DNA of 53,448 nt, filler included, from Sphacelaria rigidula (Eukaryota): NCBI GenBank assembly GCA_964200075.2. It is 3 parts of 3 records of this genome, joined end to end, with 100 filler letters (N's around TTAATTAATTAA, not from the genome) between each part and the next. Parts side by side here need not be neighbours in the genome. Positions count along the whole stretch, not along the records: positions 35,704 to 53,448 come from CAXNAA020001002.1; 2 more parts are not named here. The stretch is one strand, 5' to 3'. The position numbers were made by a program, and so were the translations under genes. Within the stretch, counting starts at the first letter, position 1, and every line of letters starts with the position of its first letter. Positions 36,021 through 47,911 of the stretch are shown in pieces. Below the pieces are notes generated by a model. That model saw nothing but the letters and a program-made list of their open reading frames with translations. It ran no database searches and was not told the origin of the DNA.

Positions 36021-37653
36021 TACACACGTGGACAGATAGCACCCTGTGGGGCGCACTGTGCAGGGTCCGTACAGGGTCCTCCACAGTCTTTGTGAAAAAC
36101 CCTGACAGTGAAAACGCAACTCTGTACATGTCGTAGCGTTTTTGTCGAAACCCTGCAAGCAACCCTGTGGAGAGGCCCTCCCAGTTTTTAAAATTCCCAA
36201 AAAAAAAAATTCCACATTAATTTGATGGAAACCTGTATATTCATTTATTTTAAATAGCTTGTCCTGCTGTCCGAGATGAATGATTTTTTGCCCGATTTGA
36301 ATCGGGCAAAGAAGAATTTATCTCGGATAGCAGGACAAGCTATTCAAAACAGATCATTTTCTCGCCCTATTTACTTGGGCAAAAAAAGGATTTATTCCGA
36401 ACAGCAGAATAAACTATTCAAAATAGATATTGTTTTCGCTCATTTAAATTGGGCAATAAAAGGATTTACTTCGGACCAATGCCGAGATAGCCCCCCCACA
36501 AAAGTGCACCGGAGACCGTCTGACGAACCGGCTGCGATCCCACTATTGGGCTCGTTTGCAGCATTTTCACCCACATGAAAGGCGAGTAGCTGTCCGAAGT
36601 CAGCTATGACGCCCAAATGAGTCGCGTCGTGTAGCAAGAAACCAGCTCTAGCCGCATGCATGATTATCGCCCCCGTGCATCGTTTTGGCCGGTTTGGGGG
36701 GGGGGGGGGCTATCTCGGCAGCAGCCTTCGAACAGCTTTTTCCGCCGCACAAGTCCCATGCGCACTGGTATATTTGGAACTTGAATAGCAGAAGAAGCTC
36801 GAAACAAATCTTCAGTTTGCCCTACAATTCATCTGGACATTGGGCAAAAAGATATGTATTGCGAACAGCATCAGCTGGACGTACCCCGCATACTGCACGG
36901 TTAACAGCGTATGGGAATCGACACGCAGAACAAAATGTTGAAAGTAATTCATCCCTTTGCCCCCCAGTTCATGTACTAATTAGGCTAAAGGATGAATAAT
37001 TCTCAACAGCTTGTGTTGAATAGAGATTCCACACACTCCTTACGAGTATATGTCCACACGCGCTCGAAGCGACGCTTCCGCTGCAGGCGTGGTAAACATG
37101 CTGGGTCAACGGTATATACCTCGCATATAAGTCCACATCGCTAATGAAAGCCCCGTGGTCCAGTGTCTACCAAAATTCTTCGATCAATCATGCTTTTGTT
37201 TATGGAGGTTTTTGCTTGACAGTTATTAGCAGCACAAAATATTGACCTCGTCAGCAACAAATCAGGTAGCTTAATATGCAACTGTACACATTCCCGAGCA
37301 CGAAATCGCGAGTCCAATCCCTACCAATGCAATTCCTTCACCGTTTTTTTCTGCGAGTACCATGCCCATGCTGTATCGAGTATGTTGTATGTGCGCTATA
37401 AACGCTGTACAGCATATTAACAACAATGAATAGTACTCGCGGTGACGAAACTCTGTGAACCGTACTGTGCGGCGTGAAAAAAAACTACAGCCAAATCCCC
37501 GCGACAAACACTGTACAGTCTCCCTGAAATCCTGTGAAGCGTACTGTGTGGCGCAAACAAACACGCTATAGCCAAATTCCCGCGAAAAACACTGCACAGT
37601 TTCCCTGAACCCTTTAGACGTGCCCCACAGGGTGCTATCTGCCCACGTGTGTA
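36021..37653. mobile_element. Non-autonomous DNA transposon with ~32-bp TIRs, an internal hairpin and subterminal repeats
   Basis: tacacacgtggacagatagcaccctgtggggc / gccccacagggtgctatctgcccacgtgtgta; hairpin ~36250-36345; ~80-bp tandem pair ~37453-37613. Confidence 0.75.
36474..36726. mobile_element. ~250-bp MITE with 4-bp TSD TTCG (Sola-like)
   Basis: TIR gaccaatgccgagatagccccccc / gggggggctatctcggcagcagcc, with ttcg on both sides. Near-identical inverted copy at 44417-44667. Confidence 0.85.
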
Positions 37654-38232
37654 GTGCTGCCTGCTTGAAATTCATCGACGGTCATATCCGAAGTTTTGAT
37701 TCCAAACCCTTTCCCTATCTGGGAATCCGTTCCTGATGTCCCGAAGCTACGGTCCAAATATGTGATGTGTCAGCGACTCCCTTGGTGAACCACGTGACGA
37801 AGTTCCACTCCCTAACTCAAATCTCGATCCCTTGGTTGGTCGCCCACCTTGCACAAGTACTTGTGACTGATTAAGAGTGAAGTAGTAAATGACTCAATCA
37901 GAAGACAAACTACCTCGGGTTGTGCAGATGACAAGTGCTAAAAGCAGCAGAGAAAACCTCAAGGGGTAGGTATGTAAGAGCGGACGCAAGAACAACAATA
38001 AATAGAGCAAACAAGCAATAATGTATTAAAAACAAACATTATCAAGATGACAAAATAAAAAAAGAGGAATACAGGTGCTTGCATGTTATAAAATGAGAAC
38101 CAGACAATACCACAACACAAAAACAAAAAACAGGAATACTCGCAGTTCATTACTGAAACGTACGGTATCAGCGATATATAGCTGTTCGTTCGTATACTTG
38201 ATAACCACCTTCCCTGCGCAATGATATCCTGT

Positions 38233-38716
38233 AAACACGTGATTTTACATATTAGGGATGAGAACTCGGAGAAATAAAAATTTCATATTCACACGAAATC
38301 TTCGAAGTAGGGTTCAATTCACTTGCTGGTAGCCATTGAAAACTACTAAACGCCCAACAAATTTGAATTTCGATAACCGAAATTTTGGGGTCCTAGGTGA
38401 AACACCAATTTTGGGGAATTTTGGTGATCTGATCTCCAAATTGGTTTTTCACCTAGGACCCCGACATATCGGTTATCGAAATTCAAGTTTGTATGACGTC
38501 TGGTAGTTGGACCCCGAAATTGGTTTTTCACCTAGGACCCCAGCATTTCGGTAATCGAAACCAAATTCGTGTGGCGTGTAGTAGATGTCAATATCTACCA
38601 GCAAGTGAAGGAATGGGACAGTTTTTCGAAGATTTGGTGTGGATACGAAGATTTTAATTCTCGGGGTTTTCATCCCCAATACATATCTCATCCCCAATTT
38701 GTAAAATCACGTGTTT
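38233..38716. mobile_element. Palindromic MITE, related to 15702-16322
   Basis: aaacacgtgattttaca / tgtaaaatcacgtgttt ends; shared core ggatgagaac..ttcgataaccgaaat..ggggtccta. Confidence 0.78.
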
Positions 38717-38762
38717 GTACCATCTCATACAATGACTACTCCTTAATGTCCCCGCTGCAGTC

Positions 38763-40343
38763 TAAAGTCGGTGTCCCCTTTCCTGGCGAGATAGCTCCTC
38801 CCAGTCTCTGTCTTCGTCTCGTACTCGCCAAAAGCGGCTTCCCGTAGTCATACACCTGACCTTCGACATTATTACCTCCAAGGTCCTTCCAAAAGATAGC
38901 ACCTATGGGGAAAAGCTTCAAGGCATCACCGCGCGACAGGGGAGCGGGGCGCTTCCTCGAGTGCGAGGGTGGGTTGGGTGCAACTGCGGGGCGGAACAGA
39001 TGCCAAAGTGCGTGGAAAGCGTCTAGTTCTGAAGGAGAAAAGCTGTATCGAAGCTGGCTCTCAGGCACCCAGTTCGACACCTTCCCCCCAGAAGTCCTCG
39101 CCTTATATTCCCGATGCTTCGTGCCTGTCGTGGCGTAGATATCGCGGCGATCCACCAAGGTAACGACTTCGTGATTCTGGTGAGGTGTGGTGTTGGCCTT
39201 CCAATCTGTCCTCCATACGTGTTGAGCAAACTCGTCAGCTATAGAGTGCCTAAGGTGTGGCGAACGAACATGAAAGGGTTTTACCTCCGATAAGGCTACC
39301 CTGCGTTTACGACGTTTGCGGCCCTACATGACTACTTCTACACTAAGACCTGTCATCAGTATTTCCTTCACTCTCCAGGGCCCGGTATACATTTCGTGTT
39401 GCAGTTTCCTACCCTTACCATCGCGGTGTATCGTGCTGTCTGATTCGTGTACCATGACCAGATCTCCTTCTCCAGCAGACACCCCGACGGAGGATCTCAT
39501 GATAGAGGCGTTCATTTTCGCTCGAGTCGATGCCTTCGCGGTGTGCCTCTCCTCAAGAGCTAGACGTACCTCCTTGAGGTTCTGTCTGCGCTGCTCTACG
39601 AAGGTATCCAGTCCTTTCCTCGATTCCACCTCATGAGATGGAGGAATGAGCGAATCTAGGGACGTGCGGGACTTATGACCGAACAAACGCTCGAACGGGG
39701 ACATGTTGGAGGGTAGGAAAACATCAGGCAAGGTACGCTTGATCCAGAGTGCGGGAGAGACATACTCGCCCCATCTCTGGGGACACGACTTACACAGTTT
39801 CGCCAGCATGTCTAATTGCTATCCCCCTGAATTCTCGACTGCTCCTTGTGCTCTGGGGTGATCGGAGGGTTCGAAAGCAGTGTCTGCTTTTAGCCACCTG
39901 CACATGTGCTTCACCACCTCGGCTCGAAATGTTTTTCCCCCGTCACTGCAGATTTTCTACGGCACGCCGATTGTCAAGCATAGTTTGGCAGGGATGTTAG
40001 TTACAATTTCAGCCTGCTTTGTCTGGAGTGGAAAACCAAATGGGAACTTAAAGGCTCGATCCACGATCAAAACAATGTACTTGTTTTTCGTTAGCGATGC
40101 AATGTCTACGCTCAGCAAGTCCATCTCCAACTTTTCCCATGGGTCTACTGCTCATCCAGGAACCATCGCAACCTTGCGGATACTAGCCCTCTTTCTCCTC
40201 CTACAGCTGCAAGATAACACGTATTGCCTCGTATCCTTGATCATCGACGGCCAGAAAAAGCGGTCGCGCAACAAAGACAGCGTGGCGCCTACTCCAGCAT
40301 AGCCATGTAAGATGTGCACCAACGCCAAGATGTCGGGTACTGT
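38763..40343 (-). pseudogene. Ty3/gypsy integrase (Zn-finger, core, GPY/F-like) with C-terminal chromodomain-like and Tudor-like domains; 3' part of the outer element
   Basis: ILALVHILHGYAGVGATLSLLRDRFFWPSMIKDTRQYVLSCSC; SPFERLFG; KLQHEMYTGPWRV; LVDRR..REYKAR..SNWVPESQL; several stops and frameshifts. Confidence 0.88.
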
Positions 40344-40825
40344 TGTCGCGGAAGAAAAGTTATGCATTGGTTGGGTGTGGAAGGTAGCCTAGTCGAAGGA
40401 TGCTTTGTTTAAGCAAGATATCCTAGGACCCCGTATATCAGTATGCAACGGCTACCGTAATAATACAAACTCTTTACATAACGCCAAGACCATGCATACC
40501 TTGTGCGTCTCAAGTCGATTATAGCTTTGCAGAAGAGGAGCGGCACGCGATGAGCACTGCGTATAGCATGTGGGTTATCCCTTGGTGAAGGGTGGGTGAT
40601 GTCGCATTCAGCGGTCAGCAATGGTGGAGTGAAGTTAATTATCAAGTGACGAATATTGCTCTCAGAGATCATTTGGGGCTTGCTTTGCTTCTGAATAAAG
40701 GGGATCACAGGCAGTTGCCTATCCCATGTTCTTGGTGTCTCATCCTCGGGCGGGTTAAGGTGTCAGGACCCGCAGGTGAATCACTTCATAGTCTCCTCTA
40801 CAGGGTCATTATTTATCCTGTAACA
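40344..40825 (-). repeat. 3' LTR of the nested element
   Basis: Direct repeat of 47430-47911, preceded on the minus strand by the polypurine tract AAAAAGGGGGA (40826-40836). Confidence 0.93.
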
Positions 40826-40920
40826 TCCCCCTTTTTAGATTTGCCATGTGTTTTACCAGGCATACCTTATCAGGTTGAGACTAGCGAAATCAACCAGGGA
40901 CCGTGTGACATTAAGGCGGC

Positions 40921-41131
40921 ACTTCATACACACGTCCTCGTAGTTTCCTACGGGGAAAATACGGGATAGAGACCCGTTATGGCTGCACCCAGTTTCATAC
41001 ACACTTCCCTGCAGCTCCCAACAAGGAAAATACGGGATCAAGACCCGTTTCAGCTGCACCCAGTTTCATACACACTTTTCTATGGCTTTCCCCGGAAAGT
41101 ACGGGATAGAGGCACGTTTCGGCTGCACCCG
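40921..41131. repeat. 71-bp tandem repeat, 3 copies
   Basis: ttcatacac recurs at 40923, 40994 and 41065. Confidence 0.85.
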
Positions 41132-41299
41132 GATTCGGCTGTACCCGTGGGACCAGGTAACTTTCTCATCTTCTGCATCTCTGGGCTTGAGTGAATGTTC
41201 CACCCTTGTTCGTCCCGTATCGGGTTCTCCACCTGTAAATCAATCACTCGGGGGGGTGCGCGTCTGGTGGCATGGCTTCTGCTACCTATAGTTTGCAAC

Positions 41300-42400
41300 C
41301 CGTTGTCGGTGTGTACTGGATACCTCTCACTCTAAACTGCTAATTTTACGCAGTTTCCTCTAGCTGAATTCCAACCACTCGTCGTACGGGTATCTCACGC
41401 GCTCGTATGGATCAAGTAATCATACAGCTCACCTGTATCTACTCTTTCGCCGACGTTCCCGGGACGTGTCTATTGATGCTTGCACTCCGTCTCTGTCGGG
41501 TTTTTTGCTTGTTTTCCTGTTTGGCTTTTAGGGCTGCCTTAACCTGTTCTGGTTCATGATTCAATGTTTGTTTCACGAAATTCTCTAGAGTTAACGCGAT
41601 GTCAGTGCCGCTTATTTGTCGTACGAGAGTGTCGAGAGCAGCCGGGAGAATACGGTTAAAGAGTATTTGAAATGGGGGCATGTCGGAAGGGACGGATGGA
41701 TCCGGGAGTGTACGTTTAGTCCAACACGTTGGGTCTACGTACCCGTCGCACTTGTCGGACAATGTACCATGCATCCATGCCCCTGCCCTCTCAACGGTAC
41801 CTTGACCTCCTGGGTGCTTTGCGGGTCGGTAGTCCATTGATAACTCAAGTCATCTACATAAATACCTCACTTATGCTGCTGCGGGGCTGCCCCCCTTTTG
41901 GCTGCAAATAAGTTTAGGCATAACGAACGTTTTACACAGGATCAATAGTGGGATGCGGGCCACCGGTATCGACTCTTTTGTCGGGCGGGGGCAGGCAAAA
42001 AAGTATTGGTGCCCAGTTGATAACCTGTGGTGTGTATCGGATACCAGAGGCATATATGCAGTGAGTATTCTGGAATTTAATCTCCAATATCAATCAGGGC
42101 TACAAAAGGCAACTCTTTGGCATCGTTATAGGTTGAGACCCGCCTTTTCCCAGCGTCTGCAACCGTACGATCGAGCGTACTCGCGGTGGTTTCTGTTCGT
42201 ACTGTTCGAGCAGAAATGACGCTGCAAAAATAGCATACTGTGTGCTAATTCAGTGTGCGCGTATTTACTGTGTACCAGTGCTGTCAGGTCACACATCAGT
42301 TGTCGCTGGATGACTAAAGTTGACACATGCTCATCACCGATACCCACAATAATGATCGTCCCTGGCGTAGCACTCTGAAAAGCATTATTCGGGTCTTCTC
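41300..42400 (-). pseudogene. Heavily decayed integrase remnant of the nested element
   Basis: DLTALVHSKYAH..REYARSYGCRR and GQGTVERAGAWM..WTKRTLPDPSVPSDMPPFQILF parallel the outer element's integrase. Confidence 0.8.
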
Positions 42401-44416
42401 TCTTCGTATCGTTGAATAGAGCAGCTCGTGTTCGATTAAGTTAGTGACTGTTGTTTCTTTTCTCTTCCCCTTTTTTATTTTTTTCTCACCACTAAATTTT
42501 TAATATCTGTACTGGACAAATGGGGGGAAAGTGCTGATAGCGTTGGGGGTTTTGGATATGAAGCTTAACGAATTCGGAGCACAACCCTCAGGTGTTCAAG
42601 ACTCCTGAGAAATTACTGCAATAAGTGACTATATCTCGTTCAAAACACTTGCAGACATGACACGCTATGGGGTGGATCGTTCTCAAATCTTGTGAACAGT
42701 ACAGCCAAAGGATAACATACCTCCCCAGAACCCAAACGCATGAGCTGTAAGATAAATCTGGGAAAAAATTACATTAAAAGAACACATGAGTTGACTGTAA
42801 TGTAACAAGATATTGTGCCAGATACCAGTATTTCCAGGATGAGTCGTCACGATGGAGTCGCGATACGATTTTGATATACCACACAGTTCAAGAAAGGACG
42901 GTTGTCATTCGTGAGTGTGAAGGTACAGCGAAAACATCATTAAATAGATATAACATAGAAGCATCCACGCTCGAGATAAACACTGCAACACCAAAGTGAA
43001 GCGTGGCACGCGACATGAAGTAAGGCGGATTGTTACGAAAGCGATTATAATAGCCCTTGGCAACATGAGATAAGATACGCGATGTTCTGTCACACCTAAC
43101 AGTTAGTCCTGTTATGTAAACAAAAGACGTGCAGGAATCACCCACACCCACCCGAGAAAACCACTAAATTGTATTCAACGCGGACACATACCGTCCTCGA
43201 TTTACCGTACTTCCGCGTCCCGGCGTGGCCTGGTGGGGGATGAACGGTCGTCATCGCATTTAGCGCCGTTTCTCTCGTGATGACACATATACCCACAACA
43301 AGGGTATGGGATGAAGGTAGTAAAGTGTAAGGTCAGCACAAGTTGGGAGTACTGAGTACATGAAGATAGGAGCATGCTCTGGTCTTGTCACTCCTGTCGC
43401 GTATCGACTCGTTCCGTGTCGAGCACTGAATTCGACTCATAACTTGTGATATAAAGAGGGGTATGAAAAGGGTTCCATCATCGAATGCAGTGAGTACAGA
43501 CATATCAGTAAGCGAGGAATGTACGTGTGTAGAATATATACTGCGAATAGAATCCCAGAATAAAAAATATGCGAAACCCACTAAGATCGTTTATTTCCCA
43601 GAACCAAAACGGTCACCGCAAAAATGATATCCAGTGATGCAGTACAAGCGAGAAAACACAAGGGTGACAAACACAGACACGATCAGATATATAGTTAGCA
43701 AGGTTGAGAACAAATTAAAATATCACAGTTCCCAAAAGCTAAACCGTCACCGCAAGGATGGAACCCTGCGGTGTACGGGCAGCGAGAGCGTCGGTAAGAT
43801 GTGAAGCCGGACGCAGGGGTCGTCGCGGGAAAAAGCTCAAGAGCATTGCGGATGAGTGGCAATTCAGCAGGTATTGTGGTCATAATATGTGCTCTTCTCC
43901 AGAGTTTTAGTGCTCGTGATGGTAAAGCTGCTGTGGCATGAGATGCAACAGTGCAAAACTGTTTTTCATCGCCCCCTTTTTATTTTTGAAATGGTTGAAC
44001 AATCTTGGCACTAGGGCTTGAGGAGAGAACTGCCAGTACATGTTGCTACGATACCCTCCCGGTTCTGTTCCCAGTCTCGGCTCGTACCTGAACTGGATGA
44101 TGATACCTGTGTTGCTGGACGGAGTCCCGGGTGTCTCGCTGCATGTATCGTGTTGTGCTCAAAGTTGCATGTATAATCGTTTTCTGGTGCGGTACTGACA
44201 ACAGTATAGTTCGAGGTACTCACAGAAGGGCTCTGGGACGTTACTACAAAAGGAAAAAGAATGGAGAAAAATATATTCTTCCGATAAATGGATGGGTGGG
44301 AGCTGATCGAGTCACCCACCACTGGACCTGTCATTTGACGCCCCAACTCGAGCCAGGGTTTACCCGGTAAGGGATAGACCTTTGGAGGGTTCGCTTGTGC
44401 ATAGATTTCGTCAGCT

Positions 44417-44667
44417 GGCTACTGCCGATATAGCCCCCCCCCCCAAACCGGCCAAAAAGGTGCACGGGGGCGATAATCATGCATGCGGCTAGAGCTGGTT
44501 TCTTGCTGCACGACGCGACTCATTTGGGCATCATAGCTGACTTCGGACAGCTACTCGCCTCTCATGTGGGCGAAATTGCTGCAAACGAGCCCAATAGTGG
44601 GATCGCAGCCGGTTCGTCAGACGGTCTCCGGTGTACTTTTGTGGGGGGGGCTATCTCGGCATTGGTC
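44417..44667. mobile_element. ~250-bp MITE with 4-bp TSD AGCT (Sola-like), inside the nested LTR element
   Basis: agct|ggctactgccgatatagccccc...gggggctatctcggcattggtc|agct; same family as 36474-36726. Confidence 0.85.
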
Positions 44668-47411
44668 AGCTGCATGGTGAAAACAAAATCTCATGTATGA
44701 CAGTTACTCGCAGGCGAGCAGACCTGGATATATCAATTTTTTAATGCGGAAGATGAGCCAACCCTTCTTTTTTGTTGTTGCGGCGTCGGTGTAGTATATT
44801 AATAGCGTTGCTTCCACGGCATATTTTCACATGTGAGTAGACATTGTATGTTGTTAGACGTTTCATGGGTGATGGTGGGATAATCATGCATACTGTAGTG
44901 TATATTGTGAATAAAGTACACGTCGGTTCTGTATATGAAAATATGCTTTATCGCCCCTTTCTTGACAAAAAAAGAAGAAAAGAATGAGCTCATATCCCGT
45001 ATTAAACAAGCGTATATCACTTCTTTTCTGCGCTGACAGGCGACCCATTTTGATATACGGTTCGGATCTTCTACTTGAAGAGGTGAAAGCTATAGAAAAA
45101 AAAAAAGAGTTGTCATTCAACTCATGTCGGTGCTTACTCAGCCGGTGATATACCCTGAGTCTCGGTCGGGTGTGCATCGATACACAAAACAAAATTAGGG
45201 GAAAATAATAAATGAGGATAACAAAAATAACAAAACGAAATAAAATGCTCGGGAGGGTTACTTGCGACTAAACGATCCTGAAAGTCGTTATTCTTTTTTG
45301 TACGGAACATGAGCCATTCCCCTCTTCTCTCTCTCTTTTTTTGTCGTCGGTATCTGTAATCTGATGACGGTTGGTACCTGTAGTCTGATGAACGCGCTAC
45401 CGTCGCAGAATGTGGTAATGTGTGATAGCTTCTCACATTGATTGGCATTTCATGTTTGTGGTCGATGGGGTGAGTGAGCATCGTGTTCCTTTGATGGCGA
45501 GAAAGGTACATGCCCGTTCACAGGACAACAATTACCTTAGTGCGTGTCGCTTCATTGCCGTGATGCCCGAGAAAAAAAGGAGATGAGAAAGCAAAAAAGA
45601 AAAAGAAAAAAAAAGGGACTGAGCTCATGTCTCGTATAAAAAATATAAAATACGCACATTAGTTCTGTTTAGTCTAGCCAGCAATCCATGTATCAACGAC
45701 TCGGGTAATGTTGATTTTGATGTCAGCGGTCACCCTTAACCGTGCGTGGGACGCTACCAGTTGCCCTGGATGTGAGTCAAGTCGATCGTTGTGTCCGTTA
45801 CGCTATGTCGTAAGAGCGATGTGGGGACTCATATTTGCAATATATACTTATGCGCTTATAGCCTGAATAGAAGTAACCTCCAGCACGTGAAGGGTTGGGG
45901 GAGAAATACGGCGTGTGGGTCGCTTGTGGGAGAGTACAACCGGATATGCCGTTATTTCATGGGAGTTACGACCAATTTTTCCGATGGCGGCGGCGATTAC
46001 TGTTATTTTGTGCATTGCATGTAAGGTGTATTTTAACATTGGGTTAACATTTCATGTTGATGGAATCGTTAAGTGTGCACCATGTGGGTAGCATGCATAG
46101 ATTATACATGAGGTTTGTAATGAGTCTGTTTTCATGTGAATGTTGATCACCGCCGCTGCCTAGAAAAGTGTTCATTAACTCGCACATAAAACAAACGCAC
46201 ATCCGTTTTGTTTAGTACGCGCGAGTAACCAGTTTATTTGGATATACCTATGTAGCGTTCTAGTTTTCAAGTCCTCCGAACGGTTTTCCCAAATCTACTG
46301 TGCACGGGCAGTTCTCGTCATGCTGCCCTGTATTATGCGTGTAGTCTATAGTTGCACCACACATGTTTGACTTGCCAGTCGTGTGAGAGCTCAGAGCCGT
46401 GGGTAATTATCAGTTACCGTTGCTTACCTCAGCTCGATGTTTCCCGAGATGCACTGCCGGCTCACCGACTCAGCTTGCATACTGTATACTACTGTAGTAC
46501 CGTGTGCCGATTACTCGTATCGATCAGAAAGAAGGCATATATGAGCGTTTGTGTGCGGGGAGACAACTGATCGTGGCGGTAGAACCTGGTTTGTGCACGA
46601 CACAGGTACCAGCCCTGCGATGTTGATGCTGGATAATCAGCATGGTTGGGAAAGGCGAGCCCGCCACCACGGGCAAGGTTCGTTGTATACCTTCGTTTGC
46701 TAGGGTGATGGCTTATGCCACGTCCAAACCATGTGAGATAACTGGTGTTTGTCTACCATAAAAGTAAGCCAACAACAACAAAAAAGCAATCGTGTTGCTC
46801 CTCCGACGACCGCAAATTTGCGGACCCGGTAGGGCAGTTTGCCAAGACGTTGATAAGCATAAATCTGATCCTGGACCCGCACATTGTGCTGCTGTGAGGC
46901 AGACAGCTGCTACCAACAATCACCGAGGATACAGCAGCTCCGTGCTGGTTCAATATTTTTGCCTCAACCTGCATGCACTTGCCTTGCGTGTCTTCTGCGG
47001 TACTACGAGTATACAGTAATTACTGCAGACCAAGCACACAGCTGCAGACTCGTCACCTGATTTTTTGAAAACTTGATTCTGCCGCATTTTGACCCCACCC
47101 CAGTCTTGTGCGGACGGAAACAGAGCGTGCAGCAGTATAAGTGCTCACGCACTCTTCAGCTCGCATCGCGCCGAGGTCGCCGAAGAGCATTTAGATGCAC
47201 TACAGCGCAACGGCGACTACAATTTATGAAAGACGGGTTGCGGCAGCGGGTTGTGCATTTGACCCGGGGCGCAACCTCTTGTACACCATGATGGTTGAAG
47301 GGTTGTGACAGACAGTACGAAAAACAAAGTCCACTTCACTGCGGGCCGGGCTGCGGTCTACATTTCATCCTGCCAACCTAACGCTGAGTGCGTGCATTTG
47401 TCTCTCCTGCT

Positions 47412-47429
47412 CTCTCGAATTGGGCACCA
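47412..47429 (-). promoter_or_regulatory. Primer-binding site of the nested LTR element
   Basis: TGGTGCCCAATTCGAGAG directly follows the 5' LTR end CA on the minus strand. Confidence 0.7.
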
Positions 47430-47911
47430 TGTCGCGGAAGAAAAGTTATGCATTGGTTGGGTGTGGAAGGTAGCCTCTAGATGGGTTACCTTGGGTACGC
47501 AAGGCATCCTAGGACCCCGTATATCAGTATGCAACGGCTACCGTAATAATACAAACTCTTTACATAACGCCAAGACCATGCATACCTTGTGCGTCTCAAG
47601 TCGATTATAGCTTTGCAGAAGAGGAGCGGCACGCAATGAGCACTGCGTATAGCATGTGGGTTATCCCTTGGTGAAGGGTGGGTGATGTCGCATTCAGCGG
47701 TCAGCAATGGTGGAGTGAAGTTAATTATCAAGTGACGAATATTGCTCTCAGAGATCATTTGGGGCTTGCTTTGCTTCTGAATAAAGGGGATCACAGGCAA
47801 TTGCTTATCCCATGTTTTTAGTGTCTCATCCTCGAGCGGTTTAAAGTTTCAGGACCCGCAGGTGAATCACTTCATAGTCTCCTCTACAGGGTCATTATTT
47901 ATCTTGTAACA
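47430..47911 (-). repeat. 5' LTR of the nested element
   Basis: Direct repeat of 40344-40825 with TGT..ACA termini. Confidence 0.93.

Larger units (their letters stand above)
40344..47911 (-). mobile_element. Nested 7,568-bp non-autonomous LTR retrotransposon (gypsy-derived)
   Basis: Two 482-bp TG..CA LTRs, CTGT TSD (40340-40343 and 47912-47915), PBS and PPT in correct minus-strand positions. Removing it restores the host frame KKLLLAIFSVT|VPDILALVH. Confidence 0.92.

Noticed and set aside
40409..40708. Duplicated ~100-aa ORFs (also 47486-47800)
   Set aside because: They lie wholly within the two LTRs and have no protein motif.
36474..44667. One 8-kb transposon bounded by 250-bp inverted repeats, or duplicated 73-aa genes (MHAARAGFLL...)
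   Set aside because: Each copy has its own TIRs and a different TSD, so they are independent MITE insertions and the ORFs are incidental.
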